From Eledone cirrhosa (taxonomy: Eukaryota): a stretch of 64,000 nucleotides of DNA. The stretch is from the NCBI GenBank assembly GCA_964016885.1, contig OZ024740.1:442370001-442434000 (forward strand). Reading direction: 5' to 3'. Shown here piece after piece: positions 26,131-39,014 of the stretch. A model generated the notes under the pieces. The model saw only the letters and a list, made by a program, of their open reading frames with translations. It was not told the origin of the DNA and made no database searches. The translations under genes were made by a program, and so were the position numbers. Position 1 is the stretch's first letter. The number at the start of each line of letters is the position of its first letter.

Positions 26131-26370
26131 GGGAAAAAAGAAGAAATCGAAAATGCAGCTGGAGTCTTTTTAAGAATATTTAAAAACCACAAACTCTCCA
26201 TGTCAATTCTACTTTTGAAAAGCATAGGAACTGTGAAACCGGTAAAGGAAACAAATAAATATTCTTAAAAAGACTCAAGTTGCATTTTCGATTTCCTCTT
26301 TTTCCCTCATACTTTCACTCGTGTACCACATCTCGTTTTTTTCCCATTTAAAAAAAAACCTCAATTACTT
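26131..26370 (+). mobile_element. Family H element with 5' inverted segment and U3-A8 hammerhead
   Basis: Inverted arms 26131-26181/26257-26307. HHR at 26212-26247 (TTGAAAA core, weakened stem II). Homologous to 43-277. Confidence 0.7.
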
Positions 26371-26398
26371 ATATATATATATATACTCGTATATATAT

Positions 26399-26558
26399 AA
26401 CAAAGGAATTGTGGTAAGGAACCAGGTGGACCTTAACGCACCAGAGTACTCAATAGGGTAGTAGAGTGGGAATTAGGAAAAAGTATGACTCCGACGGCAG
26501 AGCTCAAGCCGTTTCGACGGCTATTTCTGGACTTCTGCCGTCGGGGTCATACTTTTTC
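26399..26558 (-). mobile_element. Family E fold-back element, second copy
   Basis: Reverse complement of 19768-19900 plus an inverted piece CTGCCGTCGGGGTCATACTTTTTC. Confidence 0.7.
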
Positions 26559-26984
26559 ATATTTACGCTCACACGGCTTCCATACCTTTGGAATATAACC
26601 TGACTACCGGCTCAACCCCGATCTAATCCGCCGTGACCACTCTCTGAACTTTCCACACACCTTCCCACACTTGTTTTTACCTTCCACGCATTACCTTTGT
26701 TTGATTTTTTATTGTACTTGTTTATTTCTGTATATGATTTTTTGCCTGTGTTTTTACGATTTTATTTCTTTCTATGATTTTTTGTCCACGATTGCCTGTG
26801 TTTTTACCTTTATGATTTTTTGTCTTTATTTTTCCTGTGTATACTCCCCCCTCCTTACGTTTTTCTGTTTCATTTTCCCTTCCCCGTCTCTGCCTATCCT
26901 TCGCACTCACTCCTTCGTTCAACACCACCCCGCTTCACACACCTGCTTTCTCATCTCTCCCCCTGCTTTCACCCAACGCCCACC

Positions 26985-29766
26985 ATGCCCAGCCTGAGAT
27001 CCTTTCTCCACCAACTACACACTAGCCTCAAACTTTTCCTCACCCCCCTCCTCCCACACTGCTATCTCCCCTCTGCCCTTCAACTCTCCTACCTTCTCTT
27101 CGCCAAAACCCGGCACTCCAGCCACATCCATTTCCTCAGCCACTGCCTCCGCGTCCACCTTATACCGCTCGGCTTCCGTCTACACTTCCACACTTCCCCC
27201 GCCGCTTCCCTCTCCACGCAACGTATCCTCACCCGATCCTCACGCCGCTTAATGCTCAACTCCATCCGCGCCTCCCGTTCCACCCTCCGCAAACTTGACC
27301 ACCAACTGACCCCCACCCTCCTCCGCCTTAACTCCACCTGCTACCCCCTCCTCGCCCAAGCCATCCTCCTCTTCATCCAAAACCTCAACCACGACCTCTT
27401 CTCCTTCCTCACCTCCACCAAAGCCCGCAAGCTACACTCACTCCTCTCAACCACCCCCATCCACTACCACCCTCCCCTCTCAATGAGCCCCCCCCACTCT
27501 CCACCCCTCCCTCGACCCACACCCCTACCCAATCTCCACCCCCACCTCAACCCCACCTCACCCTCCCTTCCCCCCTCACACACCCAAACCCCACCACTTG
27601 TTGTCACCATACCCCCTGACTTCCCCCTCTCCGCACCTGAGCGCTCACTCCTTAGTAGAGGCCTTCGCTTCATACCCCACACTCCGCACAGTGACGAGTT
27701 CCGCACCCGAACGGAAGTCGAGCGATTCGTGCGACGCACGAAGCTACAGGCACATTTCGGCCGAACACCACCGGTTCCAAACACCCCAGACCCGTTTCTC
27801 GCCCTGGGCCGACGACCATCTTCTTGGACGGCGGCCCCAGGGAAATTTAGCACCCTGGACGCGTTCGTCGATGCCAGCCATAGCGCCGTAAATCGTTTCG
27901 ACTTCCGCCACCATTCCAAACGGAATAACATCACACGGGGCGAACTCCTCGCTCTCCGCTCCCTCCGTAGCCGAGATGACATCGTCATCAAACCAGCGGA
28001 CAAGGGAGGCGCCGTGGTGGTATGGCGCGCGGACCTCTACACGGCGAAGCCCTCAGGCAGCTCCGTAACCCCCTCTTCTACCGCCCTCTACCCTCCGATC
28101 CCACACCCCTCTACCAACAACAAGTTTCCTCCACCATCCAACACCTTGTCTCCTCCTCCCTCCTCCCCCACCGCTTCCCACCTCATCGTCCGCAACCCCG
28201 CACCCCCACCATCTACTTCCTCACCAAACTCCACAAACCCGACAACCCCGGCCGCCCCATCGTCTCCGCTTGCAACTGCCCCACCGAACTCATCTCCGCC
28301 TTTCTCGACTCCATCCTCGCCCCCCTTGTCACCACCCTCCCCTCCCACATCTCCGACACCAACCACGCCCTGCGCCTTTTCGACTCCTTCACCTACCCAC
28401 CCGGCCCACAGCCCTTCCTTTTCACCCTAGGCATCAAGTCCCGCTATACCGTCATCCCCCCACGCCGACGGCCTACGCGCCCTTAAACACTACCTCGACC
28501 TTCGCCCCTCCTCATTCCCTCCACCCCCATTCGCCTCGCCGAGCTGGTCCTCACCCTCAACTGTTTCTCCTTCTCGGGTGAGTTTTACCAACAGGTCACG
28601 GGGGTAGCCATGGGTACAAGAATGGGCCCAAACTATGCCAACCTTTTTGTTGGCCATGTTGAGGCCCAAATCTTTGCCCCGAACTGTACGGTCGTTACAT
28701 CGATGACTGTATCGGAGCCACGACCCTCACCCGAGAACAGCTCGACTCCTTTCTCTCCTTCTTCTGCTCCTTCCACCCCTCCCTCCAGTTCACCACCTCT
28801 ATCTCCACCACCCACGTCCACTTCTTAGACATCTCCGTCGCCTTCGACCCTCCCACCACTCCTTCGTGACCTCCGCTTTCTTCAAACCCACCGACTCCCA
28901 CTCCTACCTCGACTTCACCTCTTCCCACCCAACACACACTAAACACTCTATTCCCTACTCCCAACTCCTCAGGATCCGCCGCCTCTGTAGCCGAGATGCT
29001 GACTTTGAGTCCCAGGCCCTTTCCCTAGTCAGCCATTTCATCCGCAGAGGTTACCCCCCCCCCCCCCCTCTCGTCCACACCGCTCTCACCCGCGCCCGTG
29101 CTGTCCACCGCTCCACCACCCTCACCCCACGCCACCGCACACCCACCCACCGTCTCCCCTTCCCCATCACCTACCACCCCTCCACCATACCCCTCCACCG
29201 CACCATCCTCCGCCTCCTCCGACACCTCCAGTCCGACCCCTCCACCTCCCACATCTTCCCAGCCTCACCACTCCCCTCCTTCAAACGCGCACGCAATCTC
29301 CGCACCCTCCTCGTCCACAGCTCCCTACCCCCAATCCACGCTCCCCCCCGGTTCCTTTCCCTGTTCTAGGCCCCGCTGCAACACCTGTCCCCACATCACC
29401 AACACCACCACCTTCCAGGGTCCCAACGGCCACTCTCTCTCTGTCCGGCATACCTTCCGCTGCACCTCCTCCAACCTAGTCTACGGACTTCGCTGCACGG
29501 AGTGCAGCGCGACTTACGTCGGACAGACTGGACGTCGCCTGGCGGACAGATTTACTGAGCACCTCCGGGATATTCGTCTCGGTGGTAGTTCCTCCATCGC
29601 CCGCCACTTTGGTGCCCCTGGACATTCCGCACACCACCCCACAGTCTGTGGCCTACTCCAATGCCACGGAACACCCGCCAATCACCTAAGAGTCGAACAA
29701 CGAACCATCTTCATCCTACAGACCCACACTCCCCTCGGCCTGAACTCCCCACCCTTATTCCTTTAG
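26985..29766 (+). pseudogene. PLE polyprotein (RT, zinc finger, GIY-YIG endonuclease), frameshifted
   Basis: LLSRGLRFIP, IVIKPADKGGAVVVW, KLHKPDNPGRPIVS, AMGTRMGPNYANLF, RYIDD (~28694), KPTDSHSYL, IPYSQLLRIRR, CSRPRCNTC, VYGLRC..C...YVGQT.R...RF.EH, PLGLN. Confidence 0.92.
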
Positions 29767-31202
29767 CCTTCGACCGCCCCTCCCTCACACATATCCCCCA
29801 CTAACACCACTAACACGCCCCTCCTTTTCACCGCCCACCCCACAACTAACAATACTAACACCTCCACCCCACATCCGACCACCCTTCCCCAACTAACATA
29901 CTAACATCCCTCCCTTCTTCTCCTCCCCCCTCCTTATCACACGCACACACACACCGGTACATATATACACGCGCTCACACTAAACACACACCCTACTACC
30001 ATCACTAAACCTCACCCCCACACATCCACCCCACCACCCTGCAACTAACATCACTAACACCCCCTGACCCCAAGCACACGAACACACACACCCACTTACA
30101 CCACCCACTCTACACGCAACTAACAACACTAACACCCCAACCCTACGCACACGTACACACACACCCTCTTACACCACCCACTCTACACACCCTACCACCA
30201 CTGACCCCCACTCACACCAGCATTCAACCCTTTCTCCACCTCCAGTATACTAACACCCACTAACACCCCCTTCACCACACACACACCAGTACACTACACT
30301 CCCTCCATCGTCCCCACACCCTTTCTCAAACACTCACTCATCCCACCAACACCTCTACTAATACACACACACCCTCTCCTCACTCAAACTTTCACACCTA
30401 CCCATCCTTCCCCTGTCCACCGCACCTCCACACACACTGACACACCTTCACTTACCATTCTACCCTACTGCTGCTATGCCCTCTGACCACCTCCGCGCAC
30501 ACACAGACACACAACCCTCCTCCTGCCTTGACCCTCTGACCACTTCCTGTTGCGCGCGCACCCCACATCTCCCCTCTTCCGACCAATCTCTTCACGGATT
30601 ACACATATGTGAACCTTGATCCCGAGAATCTACCGCATCCCACGATTTTACTCAGCATTCCACCACATCTTTTTACGGAATTACCTTTATGACTCACCCC
30701 AGACACACACCCAAAACACTTTTTTTCCCACACGCCACCTACATCAACAATACGCATAAACACCACACACACACGTGCGTACCACCACATATTTACACAT
30801 TCAGCCTCCGGAATCCTCTCCCCCCACCCCTCTATCCACACACGCACACACACTCCGATCTACACCCCGCCCCACACACACACCTCTTCCTGAACATGCA
30901 ACCCCGTTCTTCCCCCAACCCTTGCTTTCACATACACACACACACACACACGTACACCTACACACACACACCACCTTCAGCCCTCCCCGCTCGGACACCC
31001 CGTCTCCCTCTCCCCACTCCACCCGCCACCACCCCTACACGCCCACACCCTTCCACCATCTGTTTTACCCCATTTTAATTTTATTTTGATCATGCCTTTA
31101 TTTTTAATTTCATTTGCACCGTTTCCTCTCACCCCCATTTTGCTATATGTCTCTCCACCACTCCCCTACACACCCTTTGAACTCTCTTCCCACACACTTT
31201 TC

Positions 31203-31234
31203 ACCTGAAGAAGGGCTTATGCCCGAAACGTCGT
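31203..31234 (+). ncRNA. Minimal hammerhead ribozyme of the PLE 3' terminal repeat
   Basis: AC-CTGAAGA-A-GGGC(TTAT)GCCC-GAAAC-GTC-GT. Palindromic ACGT stem III, GUC triplet. Confidence 0.8.
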
Positions 31235-31319
31235 TCCCCACCACCACCCCACTCTCAAGAGCGTGAAATTAATAAACCTTTGTTCGTACTGCCTCTCTGT
31301 TTTGTTCCCGTTCAATTTT

Positions 31320-31396
<77 letters not shown>

Positions 31397-31879
31397 TGGT
31401 AGAAATCCGTAGATGAAAGATCAAGGAAAACACTGCTCGATATAAACAAGGCCAGATCGATACAGATCGAGCCTTGAGCTGATCAATCTCGAAACGCGCG
31501 TCACACCTGAATAAACGTAATAAAGATCTAACACCTCGTCCTTTTTATTATATATATATATAATAAAATATAAATAAACTTTTCAAATCTAAAACCAATA
31601 AATAAAACACGGAAGTGGCGAAAGGATTGTTGATTAAAATGAAGGTAACATATGAAGTATTTAGAGAAGATATATTTGAAGTTGACATGTAATATGTTTG
31701 GAGAGAGAAGATTGTTAATGAAGTTTTGTGAAATGTGTGAAAAGGGTTGTTATTTAGCCAGAGATGAACCCTGATAATATAGAGCTAAGATATAAGATCC
31801 AGTCGTGTAGAGTTAAACTGTAAGGTGTGATTTGGGGGAAATGTCACTTCTATCGAAGGATTGCATAGATGTTACTTCG

Positions 31880-32290
31880 TTAACACAAGACCAGAGGTAT
31901 TTTTGCTTTTGTTTTGTATGAGACGGAAGGTTTTCATGGATGTTTGTTGAAAGAGTGCAATGCTCAGTTGGTTCCAAATCAGACAACAAACGTGGGAACT
32001 TCGTCCACGATATAGTGCGAATAAAATCAAGGTAGAAGAGGGATGGTTAAGGGGATTTGGCAAATCTATTTGGGATCATATTAGTAAGGTAACCAGAAGG
32101 ATTGACTGCAGTTTTTGAGGTAGAACAAGTTGCAATCTGTGTGTAGCACGAATTCATCTTTTGCTTTGGGGATGCAATAGCAGATAAAGCTACCGAGCTG
32201 GTTGAAATAAATGGTTTTTACTAGCAGTGTCTCCAATAAATCAGAGGTGAAGAATATTTGTTGTGAAATTGTAATGAAGAACTGGAGGAG
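31880..32290 (-). pseudogene. Possible highly decayed CR1/L2-like LINE 3' end
   Basis: Minus-strand translation has LIWNQL...F, resembling LINE ORF2 C-termini. Weak evidence only. Confidence 0.3.
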
Positions 32291-32492
32291 GAAATGTCAT
32301 TATATGTGGATGTGTGATGAGTAGTTGTGATAATATATTGGTGGAATACTTAAATAGGGACAGAGGAGATAAAGGTTTGGTCGAGGATGGATTTGAAGAT
32401 GATAAAAATAAAATAAATATTTCGTGTCTGTATAAATTATATTTCCATATGCTAACATATATGTAAATTAAAATCTGCTTGAAATGTTTTAT

Positions 32493-32615
32493 TGTGAAGG
32501 CACATGGCTTAGTGGTTAGCGAATTGGATTTGCGATCGTGTGGTTGCAAGTTCAATTCCCCGACCGACCGATGCGTTATATCCTCGAGAAAGACATTGTA
32601 TTTCACATTGTTCTT
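32493..32615 (+). mobile_element. tRNA-derived SINE (CORE-like)
   Basis: A-box TGGCTTAGTGG, B-box AAGTTCAATTCC, then TCCTCGAGAAAGACATTGTATTTCAC. Confidence 0.7.
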
Positions 32616-34603
32616 TCTGCCAGGAGTTGCGATCGGTAGATTATATCAGCAATGGAAGGACCAATGGAAACATTGTTTCCTTTGTCCGATTTGACGAGTT
32701 CTGCCTAATTCAGTAAGCAAATGAGGTCTAGGAATCTGTCGATCATTTTTCTATTCTACTCTCTCTCTGTCAGTAAATATGTTTCTCTAATTAAATTTAG
32801 AGCCTAAGTTTTATTGGGTAGATCCTTCATGGCAAGATTCTGTACATGTCGTCAGTCTTTATGAACCAGTCTTCAAAGTAACTGTGATACTCAGATCATT
32901 GTCATTGTGTCACTAAGGCAGTAACTGTCTTCCTCTACTCTAATTAGTGTCCTAGATAAAATAATAACAGATTGTGTTCGCAACAATCAGAACTCTGCAT
33001 GTTTGAACTCCCATTGTGAAGAAACGAATATCTGTCTGCAGCTGTGATCTGTACTTCTTCATTGTGAGAAACATATTGACAGTTAAGTATACTGATAGAT
33101 ACAGATGAGAACGTGGGATTCACTTTATGACTGGAAGCCTGACACCCTAACTAATTGGCCTTCTGCAGCTTTCAGGGAGAGAAAGAAAGCAACGAAGAAT
33201 ATATATAATGACTTTAATATATTCATACATGCATAAATCCAAAAAACATTTTCTGTCATATACTTTTAATTATTAGTATGTTCCAGTTCGAGGCATTGTC
33301 TTTGTAAATATTCTTTTTATAGATTATCTTTAGTGATAAAATATGTTTTGAAAGTTTACAGAAAACAAACTGAATTGGAAATTGCAGGAAAAAAAATAGT
33401 GAATGTGAAAGGTAAAGAGATTAAGGGAAAGTAAAAGAAAAAAAAATAGAAGAAAATGTTTACAAATAGAATTCAGAAAGATCGGGTCATCTGATGAATA
33501 ACAGCGTTTCTGAAAAATTATTTTAATACAATTTTGAGTTGCTTCAGCCATTTTGTTTGTGGTAGAGAGCAAGAAAATTATACATATGCTTTCTCAATTT
33601 AAAAGTGAATGTTACATCTTGGCTAGACAGAATGGAAACAATTGGTTGATAAACTTAACAGTTAAGGATGCACCTTTGCCTTAACTGTTAATGGTATAAA
33701 ATAAAACTTATTTTATTCCCTTGGTATCTATTCAATTTTCTGTTGAGGTCGTTCTGTCAGCTAAACTAAACATTGAAATTACTTACCAAAATCGATTTTT
33801 AACTAGTGGCACTATTTAATAAACAAATTTATTATTCAAATAGAAATATCACAAAAATGGGATATGAAACATCGTACTACACTGCATGTAAATAGAATAT
33901 CGCACATTCCTCTGCTTATATTGCTATCTCTCTACCGCCAAATTTATCAGCCTTTGAGCAGTGGAAACTCTTTCCCAACTAGTTTGATAGTGAGAGATGG
34001 TGAGAGTGAAAGAAGGAAGCAGTCACAATGGGAATTTCATCCTATTAGGTGCAGTCTTGTTAGGAACATTTTTCATAACCATAAAAGTTTTTTAACTATT
34101 AATACCCATCTCTTTTATTTTTCTATATCTCTATTGCCATTCTGCAATTCTGGAATATTCCAAGACATTAAAACCTTTCGGTGACACTCCAAAATAGGGG
34201 GAGGGAAATTATTTGGAAATGAAGAAGAAAAAGATACTTTTATGAATGTAGTTGATTTGTCAATGCTTCTTATTACTAGATTATTAGGTTAAAAGTAAAG
34301 TTAGAATTGCAGATCCCCCCCCCCCCATAAACAATACTATAACTAGTTTGATGGATTTATTAATCAACAGATTAGACCATCTCTCGGCGGGATTTGAACT
34401 CAGAATGGCAAGGGCCGTAACTCTATGCTTACTGCCTAATAATAATGCTGCAAGGTGATGGTGGAGAGAACACAGACAGATCAAATGTCTTCCTTCGTTA
34501 CTCAGTGAGACATAGTAAGTAGTAGAGAGGGAGATAGATGGGAAGGGAGGGGGACATGTAGGAGGATAAGTATATGAGAGGATCAATGGGATATTAAAGA
34601 ACC

Positions 34604-35133
34604 CCACTACTACCACTACCACTGCACCACCACTACCACCACCACTACCACCACCACTACCACTACCACTACAACCACCACTACCACCACCACCACCACC
34701 ACTACTACCACCACCACCACTACGACTACACCACCACTACCACCACTACCACCACCACTACCACTACACCACCACTACCACTACACCACCACTACCACTA
34801 CACCACCACTACCACCACTACCACCACCACCACCACTACACCACCACTACCACTACACCACCACTACCACCACCACCACCACCACTACCACCACCACTAC
34901 ACCACCACTACACCACCACTACCAACACTACCACCACCACCATCACTACCACCACCACCACCACTACCACCACCACCACTAACACCACCACTACCACTAC
35001 CACTACCACTACCACCACCACTTCCGCCACTACACTACCACCACCACTACCAACACCACCACCACTATCACCATCACCACCACTAACACCACCACTACCA
35101 TTACCACTGCCACTACAACCACCACTACCACCA
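34604..35133. repeat. (ACC/ACT)n trinucleotide-type repeat
   Basis: Continuous CACCACTAC units. Confidence 0.92.
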
Positions 35134-35214
35134 ATATTCTCCATATTAAGCTTGAAGCATAAGTTAAGGTTCGCCTGAAATTATAATAGAAATATTTTAG
35201 ATAAATATAAACAT

Positions 35215-35807
35215 TTTTGTACAATAGAACGAGGGCCGGTTCGGGTTGTTTTGTACAATAGAACGAGGTTCGGGTTGGTTTGTACAATAGAACGAGGGCC
35301 GGTTCGGGTTGTTTTGTACAATAGAACGAGGTTCGGGTTGGTTTGTACAATAGAACGAGGGCCGGTTCGGGTTGTTTTGTACAATAGAACGAGGTTCGGG
35401 TTGGTTTGTACAATAGAACCAGGGGCGGTTCGGGTTGGTTTGTACAATAGAGCGAGGTTTGGGTTGGTTTGTACAATAGAACGAGGGACGATTCGGGTTG
35501 GTTTGTACAATAGAACCAGGGGCGGTTCGGGTTGGTTTGTACAATAGAACCAGGGTGGTTCGGGTTGGTTTGTACAATAGAACGAGGGGCGGTTCGGGTT
35601 GGTTTATACAATAGAACCAGGGGCGGTTCGGGTTGGTTTATACAATAGAACCAGGGCGGTTCGGGTTGGTTTGTACAATAGAACCAGGGGCGGTTCGGGT
35701 TGGTTTGCACAATAGAACCAGGGGCGGTTCGGGTTGGTTTGCACAATAGAACCAGGGGCGGTTCGGGTTGGTTTGCACAATAGAGCGAGGTTCTGGTTGG
35801 TTTGTAG
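35215..35807. repeat. 25-30 bp minisatellite (~20 units)
   Basis: Unit TACAATAGAACCAGGGGCGGTTCGGGTTGGTTTG and shortened variants, with no unique spacers. Confidence 0.92.
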
Positions 35808-35929
35808 CAAAAGGGTTAAATTGTAGAACATGGCATTATTTACAGTTTAATGTTTTACTTAGACAGGTGAAACACCTTCTCTATTCTGCCCGCCGGGTCG
35901 CCGGGGCCGCCAGCGGTGGGCTCCCATTG

Positions 35930-36136
35930 TGAGAGATGGAGAGTGCAAGAGAGACGGAGAGAGTGAAAGAGATAGAGAGAGTGAAAGCGAGAGAGTGAAA
36001 GCGAGAGAGAACATCTACAGTGAGAGGGGAAGACAGTGAAAGAGAGAGAGATCTACAGTGAGAGACGGAGAGAGTGAAAGAGAGAGAGAGAGATTTCTAC
36101 AATGAGAGACGGAGAGAGACAGAAAAAGAGAGAGAA

Positions 36137-36188
<52 letters not shown>

Positions 36189-36210
36189 GGAGAGGGAGAG
36201 GGGGAGAGAC
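35930..36210. repeat. Degenerate (GA)n repeat
   Basis: GAGA/GAGAGTGAAA units. Confidence 0.85.
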
Positions 36211-36778
36211 AACATCTATACACACTTGATAAGACTGTGTATTGTATACATTATACTAAAACCCGATAAAATTTGCTCATTCTTCCACAGCCAACCACAC
36301 ATACACAGTAGTTATACTATTGATGGATGATGCTAAGTCTACCTTGGAATATAGTGACTCAATGCTCTTAAAGGTTCGTTTAAGTCTGAGTGAACTTGCT
36401 TGGAGTTTACGTAACACCATCAGGTTCAACTACTGTATCAATGGTGACCCACGAGGGGAACCATTACATAGGAGGGGGGCTTGGTTTGCTAGTAATAGCA
36501 GCTAAATGACTTGAAAATCATATCATACCGACTAAAAACATGAGCGACATATTAGATAGTGTAGTTCTTAGACATATTAGATAGTGTAGTTCATGGATAG
36601 AATGCTGTGGGAACAACAGCAACAACTACTACTACTACTACTACTGAAAAATGTATTTGAGCAGACAAAATAATAATTTATAAAACGAAATACATCTATA
36701 CCCGGGTTTATATATATATACATATATATGTGCGTATATGTGTATATGTGTGTGTGTGTATATATATACATATATATA

Positions 36779-37495
36779 TACTAGCCGAATTACCCGCGCC
36801 ATGCTGCGTTTCACACATCAGCAATCAAACGCTGTTGTCTTTCTTCTTGCAAATATATGGCGAAATCTATCTTGTTTCTGTCTTTCTTGGTGCTCACCAA
36901 ATGTTTCATTTTACCGAGACTCTGTTTACCTCTGTCTTTGGCTAGAAAGTCGTTCTCCCCTTACATCACAGCTTTCAGATTGACGACGAAGCCTCATCCT
37001 TTTTCCATGTGGATTATTTGCATAACTGGATTTTCTTTTGCGTGGTATAAGGGATGTCTGAAAAAAATGTCTAAATTAGCCAAATTTTACTATGAAAGAG
37101 AGGTGCTTTTTTGTTGATTTACGTTTAATTAATAGAAAAACCCCGTGATAATAAATGTTCCAATACTCAAGTTATGGGCTTCCAAAATGTTCACTATAGG
37201 GGGTTTAACTCCCATTACGGTGTCTTAATATTATTGAAATTTGGTGTAATTTTGTGAATAGGCAACATATCTTATTATTTACCTATGGTTTAAATTTCAT
37301 ATAAATCGAAGTGAAAACATTTTCAGCGGGGGTTTGTGCACCTTTTGATTAAAATGAAATATACTTATCCAAGTACACTGGGCAATGTAGTTTCAGAATA
37401 TATATGGTTATAGGGGGGTCTATCTCCCAAACCATAGAAGGAGTTCCTGAACAAACAAACAAACAGACAGGAACTACAACTTTATATATAGAGAT
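36779..37495 (+). mobile_element. Non-autonomous Helitron/Helentron-associated element (HINE, Lep1/DINE-1-like)
   Basis: Starts TACTAGCCGAATTACCCGCG and ends ACAAACAAACAAACAGAC...AACTTTATATATAGAGAT, the terminal pattern of these elements. Confidence 0.6.
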
Positions 37496-37551
37496 ATATA
37501 TCAAATAATAGTTAAGCCGGAATTATTTCATCATAATTGTTTATTGCATAT

Positions 37552-37635
<84 letters not shown>

Positions 37636-37899
37636 GGAAAAAATGAAACGAAATTTCATTTCCCACTCTTAGTACGGCTGTTACTTAAATATAAGTGTGT
37701 ACACGTACATACATATATGTATACAGACGTACAGTAGTATGTATATATATATATACATACATGCACACATATATATATGTACGTATGGATTCACCGAACA
37801 TTTATTATAATGCTCGGTGTGTTTGCAAACAAACATCCCGTATTAAGCCGTAGTGTCCAGCAACCATCGTTGCTCGTTTGTTCAACACTGACAAAGGAA

Positions 37900-37940
37900 C
37901 GCTGTACTAGTTTCAAGCTTATTAGCTATCGTCAGCAACG
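37900..37940 (-). ncRNA. Minimal type I hammerhead ribozyme (family A, inverted copy, intact core)
   Basis: Reverse complement reads CGTTG-CTGACGA-TAGCT(AATA)AGCTT-GAAAC-TA-GTA-CAGCG. Confidence 0.82.
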
Positions 37941-38208
37941 TATACCTTCCTGCCTGATTGTTGACGTATACCTTCCTGCCTTATGCATATTAACGGCTGA
38001 GTAGCCCAATTTGCATATCGAGTGGGTTAATCGGCAGGGGGCACCGAAAACGATAATATACATACTACTGTACGTCTGTATACATATATGTATGTACGTG
38101 TACATACTTATATTTAAGTAACAGCCGTACTAAGAGTGGGAAATGAAATTTCGTTTCATTTTTTCCGTTTATCGTTTTCGGTGCACCCGGCCGATAAACC
38201 CACTCGAT

Positions 38209-38256
38209 ATGCAAATTGGGCTACTCAGCCGTTAATATGCATAAGGTAAGTATATA
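38209..38256 (+). promoter_or_regulatory. Putative snRNA-type promoter: octamer + TATA (family A)
   Basis: ATGCAAAT at 38209-38216 and TATATA at 38251-38256, just upstream of the HHR. The same spacing occurs in family B. Confidence 0.5.
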
Positions 38257-38283
38257 CGTTCAACAATCTGGCAGTAAGGTATA

Positions 38284-38324
38284 CGTTGCTGACGATAGCT
38301 AATAAGCTTGAAACTAGTACAGCG
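38284..38324 (+). ncRNA. Minimal type I hammerhead ribozyme (family A, unit 1, intact core)
   Basis: Stem I CGTTG/CAGCG, core CTGACGA, stem II AGCT/AGCT, GAAA, palindromic ACTAGT, predicted cleavage after 38319 (GUA). Confidence 0.85.
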
Positions 38325-38714
38325 TTCCTTTGTCAGTGTTGAACACATGAGCAACGATGGTTGCTAGACACTGGACGGCTTAATTCGGGATGTTTGTTTA
38401 CAAACACACCGAGCATTATAATAAATGTTCGGTGAATCCATACGTACATATATATATATGTGTGCATGTCTGTATATATATATACATACTACTGTACGTC
38501 TGTATACATATATGTATGTACGTATACATACTTATATTTAAGTAACAGCCGTACTAAGAGTGAGAAATTTCATTTAATTTCATTTTTTCCGTTTATCGTT
38601 TTCGGTACCCCGGCCGATTAACTCACTCGATATGCAACTTGGGTTGCTCAGACGTTAATATGCATAAGGAAAGTATATACTTTCAGACGTTCAATCATCT
38701 GGCAGGAAGGTATA

Positions 38715-38755
38715 CGTTGCTAACGATAGCTAATAAGCTTGAAACTAGTACAGCG
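38715..38755 (+). ncRNA. Hammerhead ribozyme (family A, unit 2) with core mutation G5>A
   Basis: Same as 38284-38324 but the core reads CTAACGA. Confidence 0.7.
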
Positions 38756-38961
38756 TTCCTTTGTCAGTGTTGAACCGATCAGCAACGATGGTTGCTAGAC
38801 ACTGTACGGCTTAATACGGGATGTTTGTTTGCAAACACACCGAGCATTATAATAAATGTTCGGTGAATCCATACGTACATATATATATGTGTGCATGTAT
38901 ATATATATATATACATACTACTGTACGTCTGCATACATATATGTATGTACGTGTACATACT

Positions 38962-39014
<53 letters not shown>

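Larger units (their letters stand above)
26560..31325 (+). mobile_element. Penelope-like element (Neptune-like), near full length, C-rich sense strand
   Basis: RT + zinc finger + GIY-YIG ORF, a ~1.5 kb CA-rich 3' region, terminal HHR at 31205, AATAAA at 31271, ending in (TA)n. Confidence 0.88.
37632..38966. mobile_element. Retrozyme-like family A: one inverted monomer plus ~2.1 tandem ~430-bp units, each with a hammerhead
   Basis: 37632-38056 is the reverse complement of one full unit. 38057-38966 is a direct tandem repeat. No ORF. Flanked by (TA)n. Confidence 0.85.

Noticed and set aside
31560-34600. Possible host gene exons in the less repetitive stretch (also 340-2330)
   Set aside because: Only short ORFs with no recognisable domains or consistent splice structure. 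An intronic location cannot be excluded.
35215-35807. CRISPR-like array of ~30-bp repeats
   Set aside because: Units are contiguous with no unique spacers, there are no cas genes, and the context is eukaryotic.
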